A DNA stretch of 64,000 bases, from NCBI GenBank assembly GCA_964363635.1, contig CAYIIU010000002.1, positions 768 to 64,767 of the forward strand, in the 5' to 3' direction. Shown piece by piece: positions 25,183-33,154 of this stretch. The stretch comes from an uncultured archaeon. Lineage in GTDB: Archaea > Iainarchaeota > Iainarchaeia > Iainarchaeales > VGJJ01. The notes under the pieces are model-generated. The model ran no database searches. It was not told where the DNA came from and worked only from the letters and a program-made list of their open reading frames with translations. Both the position numbers and the translations under genes were made by a program. The stretch's first letter is position 1. The number at the start of each line of letters is the position of its first letter.

Positions 25183-27828
25183 TTATTCCAAATAAATTGC
25201 GGGGCGGCCTTTCACGGCTTTGGACATTTTTTCCAGTGGATCGTGGGCGTCGTTAATGGAAATGGTGAATTGGGTGTGTTTGGCCAACGCGTCGCGGGCA
25301 CTCTCCAGCCATTGGGTTTCCTTCTCATCCTTGGAATAAATAAAACCTATTTTGGGCTGTTTTCCGCGTACAAGCTTGCGAACGTGCTCCAAATCCTGTA
25401 AAACGCTTTCGATGAACACCACTTGCTCTTCAATGGCCTGATTGGGCTTTCCGTGTGGTTTGGAAATAATCATCGTGCTTACGAGCTTTCCAAATTTGGC
25501 TTTCTCTCCCAATTCTTCGGCAAGGAATGGAGTGATGGGGGAAATAAGGAGAACCCATTCTTTCAGCATTTTTTTCACAGCAGGCGCTTCGTCAATGCCA
25601 AACACTTTCTTGAAACGCTTCACTTCGTTGAGGGTTTCAAAAAATGCTTTCTGCGCAGCGTACATGTATTCGAATTTCTCGTACGCCTCGTACGCTTCGC
25701 ACAATCGTACACGCAAACTCTCCACCAGCCATTCATGGGCGGGCAATAATTTTTCATCGGTGGATTCAATCGCGTGCGCGAGAGTGCGTTCCACTTCATT
25801 CAGCTTGCTCCGCACTTGAGGAACTTGGTTGTCTTTCCAGTCCGCAACCCGCTCAAAACTGGCCGATGAAACGGTAAATAATCGCACCAAGTCCGCGGAG
25901 AATTCATTCACGGCATTTTGGAGCGGAATGACATTTCCTTTGGACTTGGACATTTTTTGCCCGTTGCGCACCAACATTTCATTGAATGAAAGTCCGCCCG
26001 GCCAAAATTCTTTTGGAAACAAAAGGGTATGTGTGAAGAGAAAAAAAGAAATATGATTGGAGATGTGCGCGGGCGCCGTGTGCCTCAAATCATTGGGGTA
26101 CCAATACTTCACTTCCGAGAAAATTTTGTTTGTGATTTCCATGCGCGTATCATTCGAGGGTAATTTTTTTCCCAAGATGGCGGCATCGTAGAATGCTTCA
26201 TCCAACTGTGCTATACTCAATTTCGCTCCGCGAATGTGGGTAATGGCGATGTAGAAAACCATGTAAATAGTTGAATCGGAGAGCGGTTCAATCATCCACT
26301 CATCACCTTCTACGAGGGGGAATTTGGTGCCGAGACCGCGTTTGCGGATACAGGGGCGTTTTTCCAGCCAGTCAATGGCCTCGTGAATGGATTTCTTGAA
26401 ATACGCAGGATAGACGGGGATTTTGTCCAAAAGCGCATGGGTTTTTTGCTTCCACTCTTTTGATGAATAATCCAAGAACCACTGGTCCTCCAACACGGCC
26501 ACTGCAATAGGATTTCCCGCGCGTGTAAATGCACGGCGCGAGGGTTCGTGCAGCGTGTCGCTGCGATTTTTTTCGTGGAGTGTTTTGAGAATCTTTTCTT
26601 TGGCGGCCTGCACACTCATACCCACTAAGAAACCATTCTTGAGGTTCATTTTTCCTTCATAGAATTCCTTTTTGTAGATTTCTTCGGTCGCGGTTTGCAA
26701 CCCTTCACGGTGTTTCAAACTCGTGGCTTTCTTCTCGGCGAGCAAATGTTCAATTCCCTCAAAGCCGGGCGTGTCGATGATGAAAATAGGGTTAATTTTT
26801 TCCGTACCGGGATACTTTTGCAGTTTCAACTCATATAAGGCAATAAAATCGAAGGGAGCGTGGCCCGGTACAGAGTACACGACGCCGGTTCCTTTCTCGG
26901 CGGAAACGAAACCTGCCGGAAGGATGGGAATTTTTATTTTTTCATCTAATGGGTTGCTTGCATTTTTGTCGATTAGAATTTGTCCGGAAATTTTTTCGAT
27001 GATTTCAAACTTTTTTCCCTGCAGGGCGAGTTTTTCCAACGCCTTTTCGGCAACAATCCATTCTTCATTGTTCCAGCGCGCACGGACATATTCGACTTGC
27101 GGATTCACCCACAAATTGGTGCAACCGTAAAGGGTTTCAGGCCTGAGGGTGGATGCGACGAGGAACGTGTTGGGTTTGTCAAACGGAAACTTAATGAGTG
27201 AAAATTCTTGAATTTGGACTTTTTCGGTGTCCCCATCCTTGATGTCGTCTTCTCCCACGGCGTTCTTGTCTACGGGAGAATAAAGGATGGGGTATTTTCC
27301 TTTGACTAATACGCCCTTTGCGTAGAGTTTGCGGAATTGCCACTGGACAAATTTTTGATACTCGCTATCCATGGTCGTGAACACGGGGCGCCAGTCAATC
27401 GAACAACCTAACTTGTCCAAGTCCTCGCGCACGTGCGCAGCGAAATACGTTGCCACGTTCGCCGGATTGACAAACGATTGGATGATGCCGGGAATTTTGG
27501 TTTTGTCTTTTTCATAAATGCCCAAATATTCGGTGTAGAGTTTTATCATTTCGACATCATTGCGCTTAATCGAATCGCTAATCGCCAATACGGGAGTTCC
27601 CGTCACGTGAAAGCCCATGGGCCAAAAAACATTCTCTCCTTTCAAGCGGTGGAAGCGCGCGGTCACATCTCCATTTGTATAGGTGCGGCCGTGTCCCACG
27701 TGCAAGGGTCCTGTAGGATACGCATACGGCACGGTGAAAAAGAACTTTTTTTCGTTGGAAAGGGAAGAGGGTTCAAACACGCCTGACGCGTGCCATTTTT
27801 GGATCCATTTTTGTTCGCGCGAGTCCAT
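25183..27828 (-). CDS. leuS: Leucyl-tRNA synthetase (archaeal/eukaryal type)
   Basis: HVGHGRTY (HIGH) and KMSKSKGN (KMSKS) motifs. I trimmed the start to MDSREQKWIQKWHASGVFEP (ATG 27828). Confidence 0.9.
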   Translation of the reverse strand: MDSREQKWIQKWHASGVFEPSSLSNEKKFFFTVPYAYPTGPLHVGHGRTYTNGDVTARFHRLKGENVFWPMGFHVTGTPVLAISDSIKRNDVEMIKLYTEYLGIYEKDKTKIPGIIQSFVNPANVATYFAAHVREDLDKLGCSIDWRPVFTTMDSEYQKFVQWQFRKLYAKGVLVKGKYPILYSPVDKNAVGEDDIKDGDTEKVQIQEFSLIKFPFDKPNTFLVASTLRPETLYGCTNLWVNPQVEYVRARWNNEEWIVAEKALEKLALQGKKFEIIEKISGQILIDKNASNPLDEKIKIPILPAGFVSAEKGTGVVYSVPGHAPFDFIALYELKLQKYPGTEKINPIFIIDTPGFEGIEHLLAEKKATSLKHREGLQTATEEIYKKEFYEGKMNLKNGFLVGMSVQAAKEKILKTLHEKNRSDTLHEPSRRAFTRAGNPIAVAVLEDQWFLDYSSKEWKQKTHALLDKIPVYPAYFKKSIHEAIDWLEKRPCIRKRGLGTKFPLVEGDEWMIEPLSDSTIYMVFYIAITHIRGAKLSIAQLDEAFYDAAILGKKLPSNDTRMEITNKIFSEVKYWYPNDLRHTAPAHISNHISFFLFTHTLLFPKEFWPGGLSFNEMLVRNGQKMSKSKGNVIPLQNAVNEFSADLVRLFTVSSASFERVADWKDNQVPQVRSKLNEVERTLAHAIESTDEKLLPAHEWLVESLRVRLCEAYEAYEKFEYMYAAQKAFFETLNEVKRFKKVFGIDEAPAVKKMLKEWVLLISPITPFLAEELGEKAKFGKLVSTMIISKPHGKPNQAIEEQVVFIESVLQDLEHVRKLVRGKQPKIGFIYSKDEKETQWLESARDALAKHTQFTISINDAHDPLEKMSKAVKGRPAIYLE

Positions 27829-27862
27829 AGGGGGTGCTTTCCTTTGATAAAGGAATTTAGCC

Positions 27863-28300
27863 TCAAAAAGGATTTTTAATGAACCCATGCAAATCGGGAA
27901 AAATGCTCGTTTGTCGGCCCAGTTTCCGATAGTGTTCATCCACTTTTGCCCGTGTCACGTACGGGTGGTGCTGGCGAAAGCCCCCGTTGAACGAATGGGG
28001 GATGTGGAGGAGTTCGTGAATAATCGTTTTCGTCTGCTCCTCTTCATTTTGCCGGTCGAATTTCTCCGAGACGAGTTCAATGGCGTAAAAAGGAGGTTGG
28101 TTTATTCCAAGCTGAATGATTTTGGGCATCGTGTGGATGCGTGCGATTACTCTGCGGGACTTGGATCCCTCGCTCTTGAAACAAACGACACGGTCTTCCA
28201 TAATATGTTTGAAATCAAGCTTGCGAATGACTTCAACCGTTTTCGTTGTCCATTCGGGAGAGGGGGTGTATTTCATACGCTCAACAAGGACGGATGCCAA
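27863..28300 (-). CDS. Predicted zinc metallopeptidase (HExxH)
   Basis: IIHELLHIPHSFNGGF contains HELLH plus a downstream His. The roughly 145-aa size fits small archaeal predicted metallopeptidases. Confidence 0.55.
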   Translation of the reverse strand: MASVLVERMKYTPSPEWTTKTVEVIRKLDFKHIMEDRVVCFKSEGSKSRRVIARIHTMPKIIQLGINQPPFYAIELVSEKFDRQNEEEQTKTIIHELLHIPHSFNGGFRQHHPYVTRAKVDEHYRKLGRQTSIFPDLHGFIKNPF

Positions 28301-28312
28301 TAAATAGCTTCG

Positions 28313-29332
28313 TTAAATTTTGAAAAAACTTCGCTCACTGAACCTTTTGCTAAAAGGTTCATCAAAACCTCTCTCACTTGCCTTTAACGTGTCTTGTTCC
28401 AGCGAGCGTTTGTCGAAGAGCAATTCCAGCAAGGACATTCGCACAAATAATCCATTTCTCGCCTGCCTAAAATACGCCGCACGTGGATCGTGATCAATTT
28501 CGGGGGAAATTTCCCCCACTCTTGGCAAGGGGTGCATGATTATGGTATGTGGGGGAAGACGCGAGAGTAAATCTCCATTCACGTTGCAGCAATTCTTGAC
28601 CAATTCATACTCGTTCGCGTTTGCGAATCGTTCCTTTTGGATGCGCGTAACGTATAACACGTCCACTTTGGACAAATCCTCGGGAAGCTGTTCCACTTCA
28701 TCAAACAAAATGTTTTTTTCCCGAAGGATTTGCGCATACCCATCGGGCAATTTCAACGAAGATGGAGAAACGAGGAGGATGCGATTGTTTTCAAAACTTG
28801 AAAGCAATTGCACGAGTGAATGGACGGTGCGTCCGTACAGCATGTCGCCCAGCATCACCACGTTCAACGAGTTCATTCTCCCATGTTCGCGCCAAATGGT
28901 GTACATGTCCAACAAGGCTTGCGTGGGGTGCTCGCCCGCGCCATCTCCCGCGTTAATCACCGGCACACTTGAAACGGACGCGGCTTTCTCCGCAGCTCCT
29001 TTTTCCGAGTGTCGGAGGACAATCACATCGGAATACCCCCCCACGATTCGAATCGTATCTTCGAGGGTTTCTCCTTTTGTCACAGAAGAAAACTGCCCCG
29101 CGGCCTCGGTGGAAATCACACGCCCCCCTAACCGATTCATCGCCGATTCAAACGAAAAACGAGTTCGAGTAGAAGGTTCATAGAAAAGGGCAGCCATGAC
29201 CTTTCCATTCAATATGGGAAAGAGCTTCTCATTCTTGACATTCTTTTCCATTTCAAGGGAGAGTTCGAATAAACGCTGGAGGATAGAGGGGTCGGAAAAC
29301 TGTTTGGTGGATAGTACATGACTTAATTTCAT
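28313..29332 (-). CDS. pyrB: Aspartate carbamoyltransferase catalytic subunit
   Basis: It carries the STRTRFSFE, GEHPTQALLD and HPLPRV motifs. No pyrI is adjacent. Confidence 0.9.
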   Translation of the reverse strand: MKLSHVLSTKQFSDPSILQRLFELSLEMEKNVKNEKLFPILNGKVMAALFYEPSTRTRFSFESAMNRLGGRVISTEAAGQFSSVTKGETLEDTIRIVGGYSDVIVLRHSEKGAAEKAASVSSVPVINAGDGAGEHPTQALLDMYTIWREHGRMNSLNVVMLGDMLYGRTVHSLVQLLSSFENNRILLVSPSSLKLPDGYAQILREKNILFDEVEQLPEDLSKVDVLYVTRIQKERFANANEYELVKNCCNVNGDLLSRLPPHTIIMHPLPRVGEISPEIDHDPRAAYFRQARNGLFVRMSLLELLFDKRSLEQDTLKASERGFDEPFSKRFSERSFFKI

Positions 29333-29390
29333 TCAAAAACACTCAAGGGTTTTTGGACTATTTAACTCTCCCCTTTTTTTGGGAAAATAA

Positions 29391-30407
29391 CTATGGGTGC
29401 GGTATTGCTTCCAAAGGATTAATGGCTGTGTTGAGCGTCAATTGCACCACAACAAAAACGACATACAAACCAATGAGCGCGATTCCATCTCGCCGCGTGA
29501 GCTGGTGCTCGGAGTCAAGGAATGTGGTGAGCATCAGCGCTGAAAAAACCATGAATACTGCGGCAATGCCAATGACACCCAACTGAATGTCAAACGGAAC
29601 AATCAGCGCCATCGCACCAATGGAAAAAGTAGAATCCAACACGACGTTGCCCAAAATGTCTCCCAGCGCAATGCTTTTGTGCCGGGCCATGAGCGCCTGC
29701 ACGGAAAAAGTAAGCTCGGGAAGCGCGGCACCAATGGAAATCAAAATCAATCCCGCGAGAATCTCTGGAAAACCGATTAAGTCCGCAACCGCAACACCGG
29801 ACGTGACCACAAAATGAGAGGAAACAAACATGAGCACGACCATGATGCCGAATTGAATAAAATCGGGGAGCATTTCTTTTATTGAAACGAGTTTTTTGGT
29901 TTTTTCGCGCAGGGGCTGGTTGTACAGCATCCACGTGAAATAAATCGCAGCTGTGATAAGGAGCAATGCTCCATCTATACGAGAAAGATTACCGTCCAGC
30001 ATAAGACCAAGGGGCAAACTGATTGCCACCAAAAAACCGGGAGAAGAAACTTTGTTCGTCCGCTGCGCGGGAATGGTTTTTCCTAAAATAGCTACGATTC
30101 CAATGACTAGCGTGAGGTCGACGATGTTGTTTCCAATCAACGTTCCAATGCCCACGTGCGGAACCCCTCCAATGGCGGAATTGACTCCCACAAAAAACTC
30201 CGGCAAAATAGAAACAAACCCCGCGATGAGGAACGAACTCACGAATTGGGAAATGCGGAAAATTTTGGCCAAATTGACAACGTGTTTTACGGCCAACGAA
30301 GCCGCTTTGATGAGGATTATCGAAAAAATGATGAAAAGAGCCAATTGCAGGGGGAGCGTGGATTCGATGCCGAAAATCTCGTGAAACGCCGGAACGGGAT
30401 AGGCCAT
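29391..30407 (-). CDS. Sodium/calcium exchanger (CaCA) family membrane protein
   Basis: Two alpha-repeat signatures are present: GTLIGNNIVDLTLVIG and LGDILGNVVLDSTFSIG. I trimmed the start to MAYPVPAF (ATG 30407). Confidence 0.8.
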   Translation of the reverse strand: MAYPVPAFHEIFGIESTLPLQLALFIIFSIILIKAASLAVKHVVNLAKIFRISQFVSSFLIAGFVSILPEFFVGVNSAIGGVPHVGIGTLIGNNIVDLTLVIGIVAILGKTIPAQRTNKVSSPGFLVAISLPLGLMLDGNLSRIDGALLLITAAIYFTWMLYNQPLREKTKKLVSIKEMLPDFIQFGIMVVLMFVSSHFVVTSGVAVADLIGFPEILAGLILISIGAALPELTFSVQALMARHKSIALGDILGNVVLDSTFSIGAMALIVPFDIQLGVIGIAAVFMVFSALMLTTFLDSEHQLTRRDGIALIGLYVVFVVVQLTLNTAINPLEAIPHP

Positions 30408-30457
30408 TCGTGTCAAAGAAAAAACCCGCTTAAAAGGATTCCCAAAGGGGTTGAGAT

Positions 30458-31663
30458 ATGAACAGTCATTTACCCACTGGAAAATACTCCCTTTCACGCA
30501 TGTGTCTGCATTTGGATGTGTGCGCGGGCTGCCCCATCATGCCCATTTCATACGTGCAGCAACTGGATTCAAAAAAAAACGTGTTGAAAAATCTCCTGAT
30601 GTATTTTGCGCCGGAATTTGAAATTGTCCCCTCGCCTCAAATCCAATTTCACCGAAATCGAGCGGATTTTTGGTACTCTCCACAAAAACAACTGGGTTTC
30701 CGCAGCAAAAATAACCGGTTTGAAGGAATATCCATTCCGTCATGCCAGCTTATCTCGCCGCGCGCCCAGCACGCCTACCAATTTCTGGAAAAGTATGTGA
30801 AAGAAAACAATTTTCCCCCATATTCGGTGCTCGAACACACGGGCTTCCTACGTTACATTACGTTTCGCGAGTCGAAGACGAATGGACAATTAATTATCAT
30901 GCTCAATACGTTCACCAACACAAACGAAGATAATAAAATGATTGAACCGCTTGCCAGCGAATTGATTTCCGATAAACATGCCGATGGGGTAGTGTGGGTG
31001 CACAATCCCATCTTGAATGATACGGTGCAGGGAGAGATTTTCAAGCAATGGGGCAGCACCATTCTTACGGAAAAAATGGGGGATGTAGTGTTGCAATACG
31101 ATGCGAATTGCTTCTTTCAAACCAACCCGCGCTCGGCGGAAAACGCTCAACGATACGTCGTGGATTTGATTCACGAAGCAAACCCGAAAGCTACGGTACT
31201 CGATTTGTATTGCGGCGTGGGGCTTTTTTCACTCCCGCTCTCGATGAAAGGGCATTTCGTCAAAGGGATTGAATTATCCAAGGACGCCATCATTTGGGCG
31301 CGGAAGAATGCGCACAATTTAGGACTGGACGAGGTGGCGTTCGAAATAGGTGATGTGCCAGCTAAAATCAAGGAAATGGAAAAAGCCAATGAGAAATTCG
31401 ATACCATCCTTCTGGACCCTCCGCGCAGCGGTCTTTCCAAAAAAATCTGGCGACGCATTCTGCGCCAAAATCCTCAACAGATTATTTATGTTTCGTGTAA
31501 CCCCGCTGCTTTGAAACGTGACCTAGAATGGTTGTCCGAATACGCGGAATATCACATTGAAAATGCCCGCGCCTTCGACTTCTTCCCGCATTCGGAACAC
31601 GTGGAAATGGTCGTGGACATTCGCGTGGAAAAAATCAAAGAATTCAAGATGGGCGGGTTTTAA
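30458..31663 (+). CDS. RumA/TrmA-family RNA (uracil-5)-methyltransferase (start uncertain; alternative ATG at 30500)
   Basis: It has a Cys cluster CLHLDVCAGCP, SAM motif DLYCGVGLFSLPL, DPPRSG, and the catalytic region YVSCNPA. Confidence 0.8.
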   Translation: MNSHLPTGKYSLSRMCLHLDVCAGCPIMPISYVQQLDSKKNVLKNLLMYFAPEFEIVPSPQIQFHRNRADFWYSPQKQLGFRSKNNRFEGISIPSCQLISPRAQHAYQFLEKYVKENNFPPYSVLEHTGFLRYITFRESKTNGQLIIMLNTFTNTNEDNKMIEPLASELISDKHADGVVWVHNPILNDTVQGEIFKQWGSTILTEKMGDVVLQYDANCFFQTNPRSAENAQRYVVDLIHEANPKATVLDLYCGVGLFSLPLSMKGHFVKGIELSKDAIIWARKNAHNLGLDEVAFEIGDVPAKIKEMEKANEKFDTILLDPPRSGLSKKIWRRILRQNPQQIIYVSCNPAALKRDLEWLSEYAEYHIENARAFDFFPHSEHVEMVVDIRVEKIKEFKMGGF

Positions 31664-31687
31664 TAAGATTAGAAAGAATGCGTACAA

Positions 31688-32242
31688 GTGCCTAACATAA
31701 AGGGTGTTTTATTCGACTTGGGTGGAGTTCTAGTTGAAAATCCATTGTATGCAGATTTGTGGAAAAATAAGAAAGGGAATAAACGATTACGCACTCAATT
31801 CGGAATGAGACAAATTGGTCTTCAAGAATATATCCGTCATGGTGCAAAAATCCTTGGTTGTTCACAAAAGGAATTTTATAGAAAAACAAAAAAAGCATAC
31901 CGTCATGGTAAACTCATTCGACCCGTTTTCTCTATTTTTAAGAAAATTAAAATATCGAAATATATTTTCTCTAACTCAAATCCTATTCATCTTGAATACG
32001 TAAAAAAGAATTTTTCCTTTGTCCTTGCACTCACTAAAGCAAATTTTTTCACTTTGCGAAAGGAACGACTTGTCTCGTTTAGAAAGGTAATCCGATTAAT
32101 AGGAATTAAACCCACAGAGGTAATTTTTATTGATGATAAAAAAGAAATGATTGATCGAGCAAAAAAGATTGGAATGAAAGCAATTTTATATAAAAATTCC
32201 ATCCAACTGGAAAAAGAATTGAGAAAGTTCAATGTAATCTAG
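31688..32242 (+). CDS. HAD-superfamily hydrolase
   Basis: Motif I is VLFDLGGVL, and a C-terminal IFIDDKKEMIDRAKKIGM (DD motif) is present. The start is GTG. Confidence 0.7.
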   Translation: MPNIKGVLFDLGGVLVENPLYADLWKNKKGNKRLRTQFGMRQIGLQEYIRHGAKILGCSQKEFYRKTKKAYRHGKLIRPVFSIFKKIKISKYIFSNSNPIHLEYVKKNFSFVLALTKANFFTLRKERLVSFRKVIRLIGIKPTEVIFIDDKKEMIDRAKKIGMKAILYKNSIQLEKELRKFNVI

Positions 32243-32340
32243 ATTTTCATCAGCGCGGAATCAATTCTATCCTATCCGAACTAATCAATTTAACCTGCCC
32301 ATTTTTTCGCTTCCAATCCGCTTCTTTTAGCGTTTCAGAC
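32239..32340 (-). repeat. Decayed duplicate of the alaS 3' end
   Basis: The minus strand reads ...ATTGATTCCGCGCTGATGAAAATCTAG (IDSALMKI*). This matches the true alaS end ATCGATTCCGCGCTGATGAAATTGTAA (IDSALMKL*) at 33155-33181. Similarity fades over roughly the next 80 nt. Confidence 0.65.
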
Positions 32341-32406
32341 TTTGTCAGTGTTCCCGGCGATTCGCTTTCAAAACCATTATATATTAGTTAGACTCTAAGT
32401 ATCACT

Positions 32407-32619
32407 ATGGTTGATACGATTACTACGAAAGCGAAGAAATGGGGCCATTCCATCAGTGTGATTGTGGATAGCAGCGTCGTCAAAAAACAAGGGATTCTCC
32501 CTATGGACCAATTGATTATAAGCGTGCAAAAAGTAGACGATATTCGTACGCTGCGCGGAACTTTTCCAAAGAAACGCTCTACTCAAGAGATTGTTGATGA
32601 GAACAAAAAGGGATGGTAA
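32407..32619 (+). CDS. vapB: AbrB/SpoVT-family antitoxin (VapB-like)
   Basis: 70 aa. KAKKWGHSISVIVDSSVVKKQGI is a swapped-hairpin AbrB-type pattern. It overlaps the downstream PIN gene by 7 nt. Confidence 0.7.
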   Translation: MVDTITTKAKKWGHSISVIVDSSVVKKQGILPMDQLIISVQKVDDIRTLRGTFPKKRSTQEIVDENKKGW

Positions 32620-32993
32620 CCATGAAATATTTCGCCGACACTTATGCGATTATCGAATATTTGAAAAATAATCCAAGATTCATTTCCTATTTTGAAAAAC
32701 ACCAAATTCTGACGACTCGCCTTAATTTGATGGAACTTTTCTATTCGTCGTTAAAAGACGCTGGAGAGGAGCTGGCGGAACGTCATTACAATAGTTTTCT
32801 TTCCCGCATAACTGAGATAACCGATCTCCAGTTCAAAGCTGCCGCCAAAATGCGCTTGCGGTACAAACAGAATAATTTATCCTATATCGATTGTTTGGGC
32901 TACTCCATTGCGCTCGATGAGAAAGCAAAATTTCTTACGGGAGACAAGGAATTTCATGAGATGAAAAATGTCGAGTGGGTCAGCGCGACCTAA
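32613..32993 (+). CDS. vapC: PIN-domain ribonuclease toxin (VapC-like)
   Basis: It has the N-terminal acidic residue in KYFADTYAIIEYL, then ...IDCLGYSIAL...FLTGDKEF, and the roughly 125-aa size typical of VapC. Confidence 0.7.
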   Translation: MVTMKYFADTYAIIEYLKNNPRFISYFEKHQILTTRLNLMELFYSSLKDAGEELAERHYNSFLSRITEITDLQFKAAAKMRLRYKQNNLSYIDCLGYSIALDEKAKFLTGDKEFHEMKNVEWVSAT

Positions 32994-32999
32994 ATCATT

Positions 33000-33154
33000 C
33001 GAACTTTTTAGAAAAAAGTTCGATCAAAAAGGTTGGATACCCCGCCCTTTAGGGCGACATGCGTCGCCCATTGTTTGGCGAGCGAGCACGCGAGCCGAGT
33101 GACGTTCTTGTACTATGTGGATACCCCGGCCTTTAGGCCGGGGAGGAGATCATT
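33000..33154 (+). mobile_element. MITE copy C
   Basis: The left flank is TCATT. The element reads CGAACTTTTTAGAAAAAAGTTCG ... GATACC-CCGCCC-TTTA-GGGCGA ... GATACC-CCGGCC-TTTA-GGCCGG-GGAGGAGATCATT. It nearly fills the gap between the vapC stop (32993) and the alaS stop (33155). Confidence 0.75.

Noticed and set aside
28536-29183. A 215-aa plus-strand ORF antisense to pyrB.
   Set aside because: It lies entirely inside pyrB, whose catalytic motifs are unambiguous. This is a typical antisense shadow frame.
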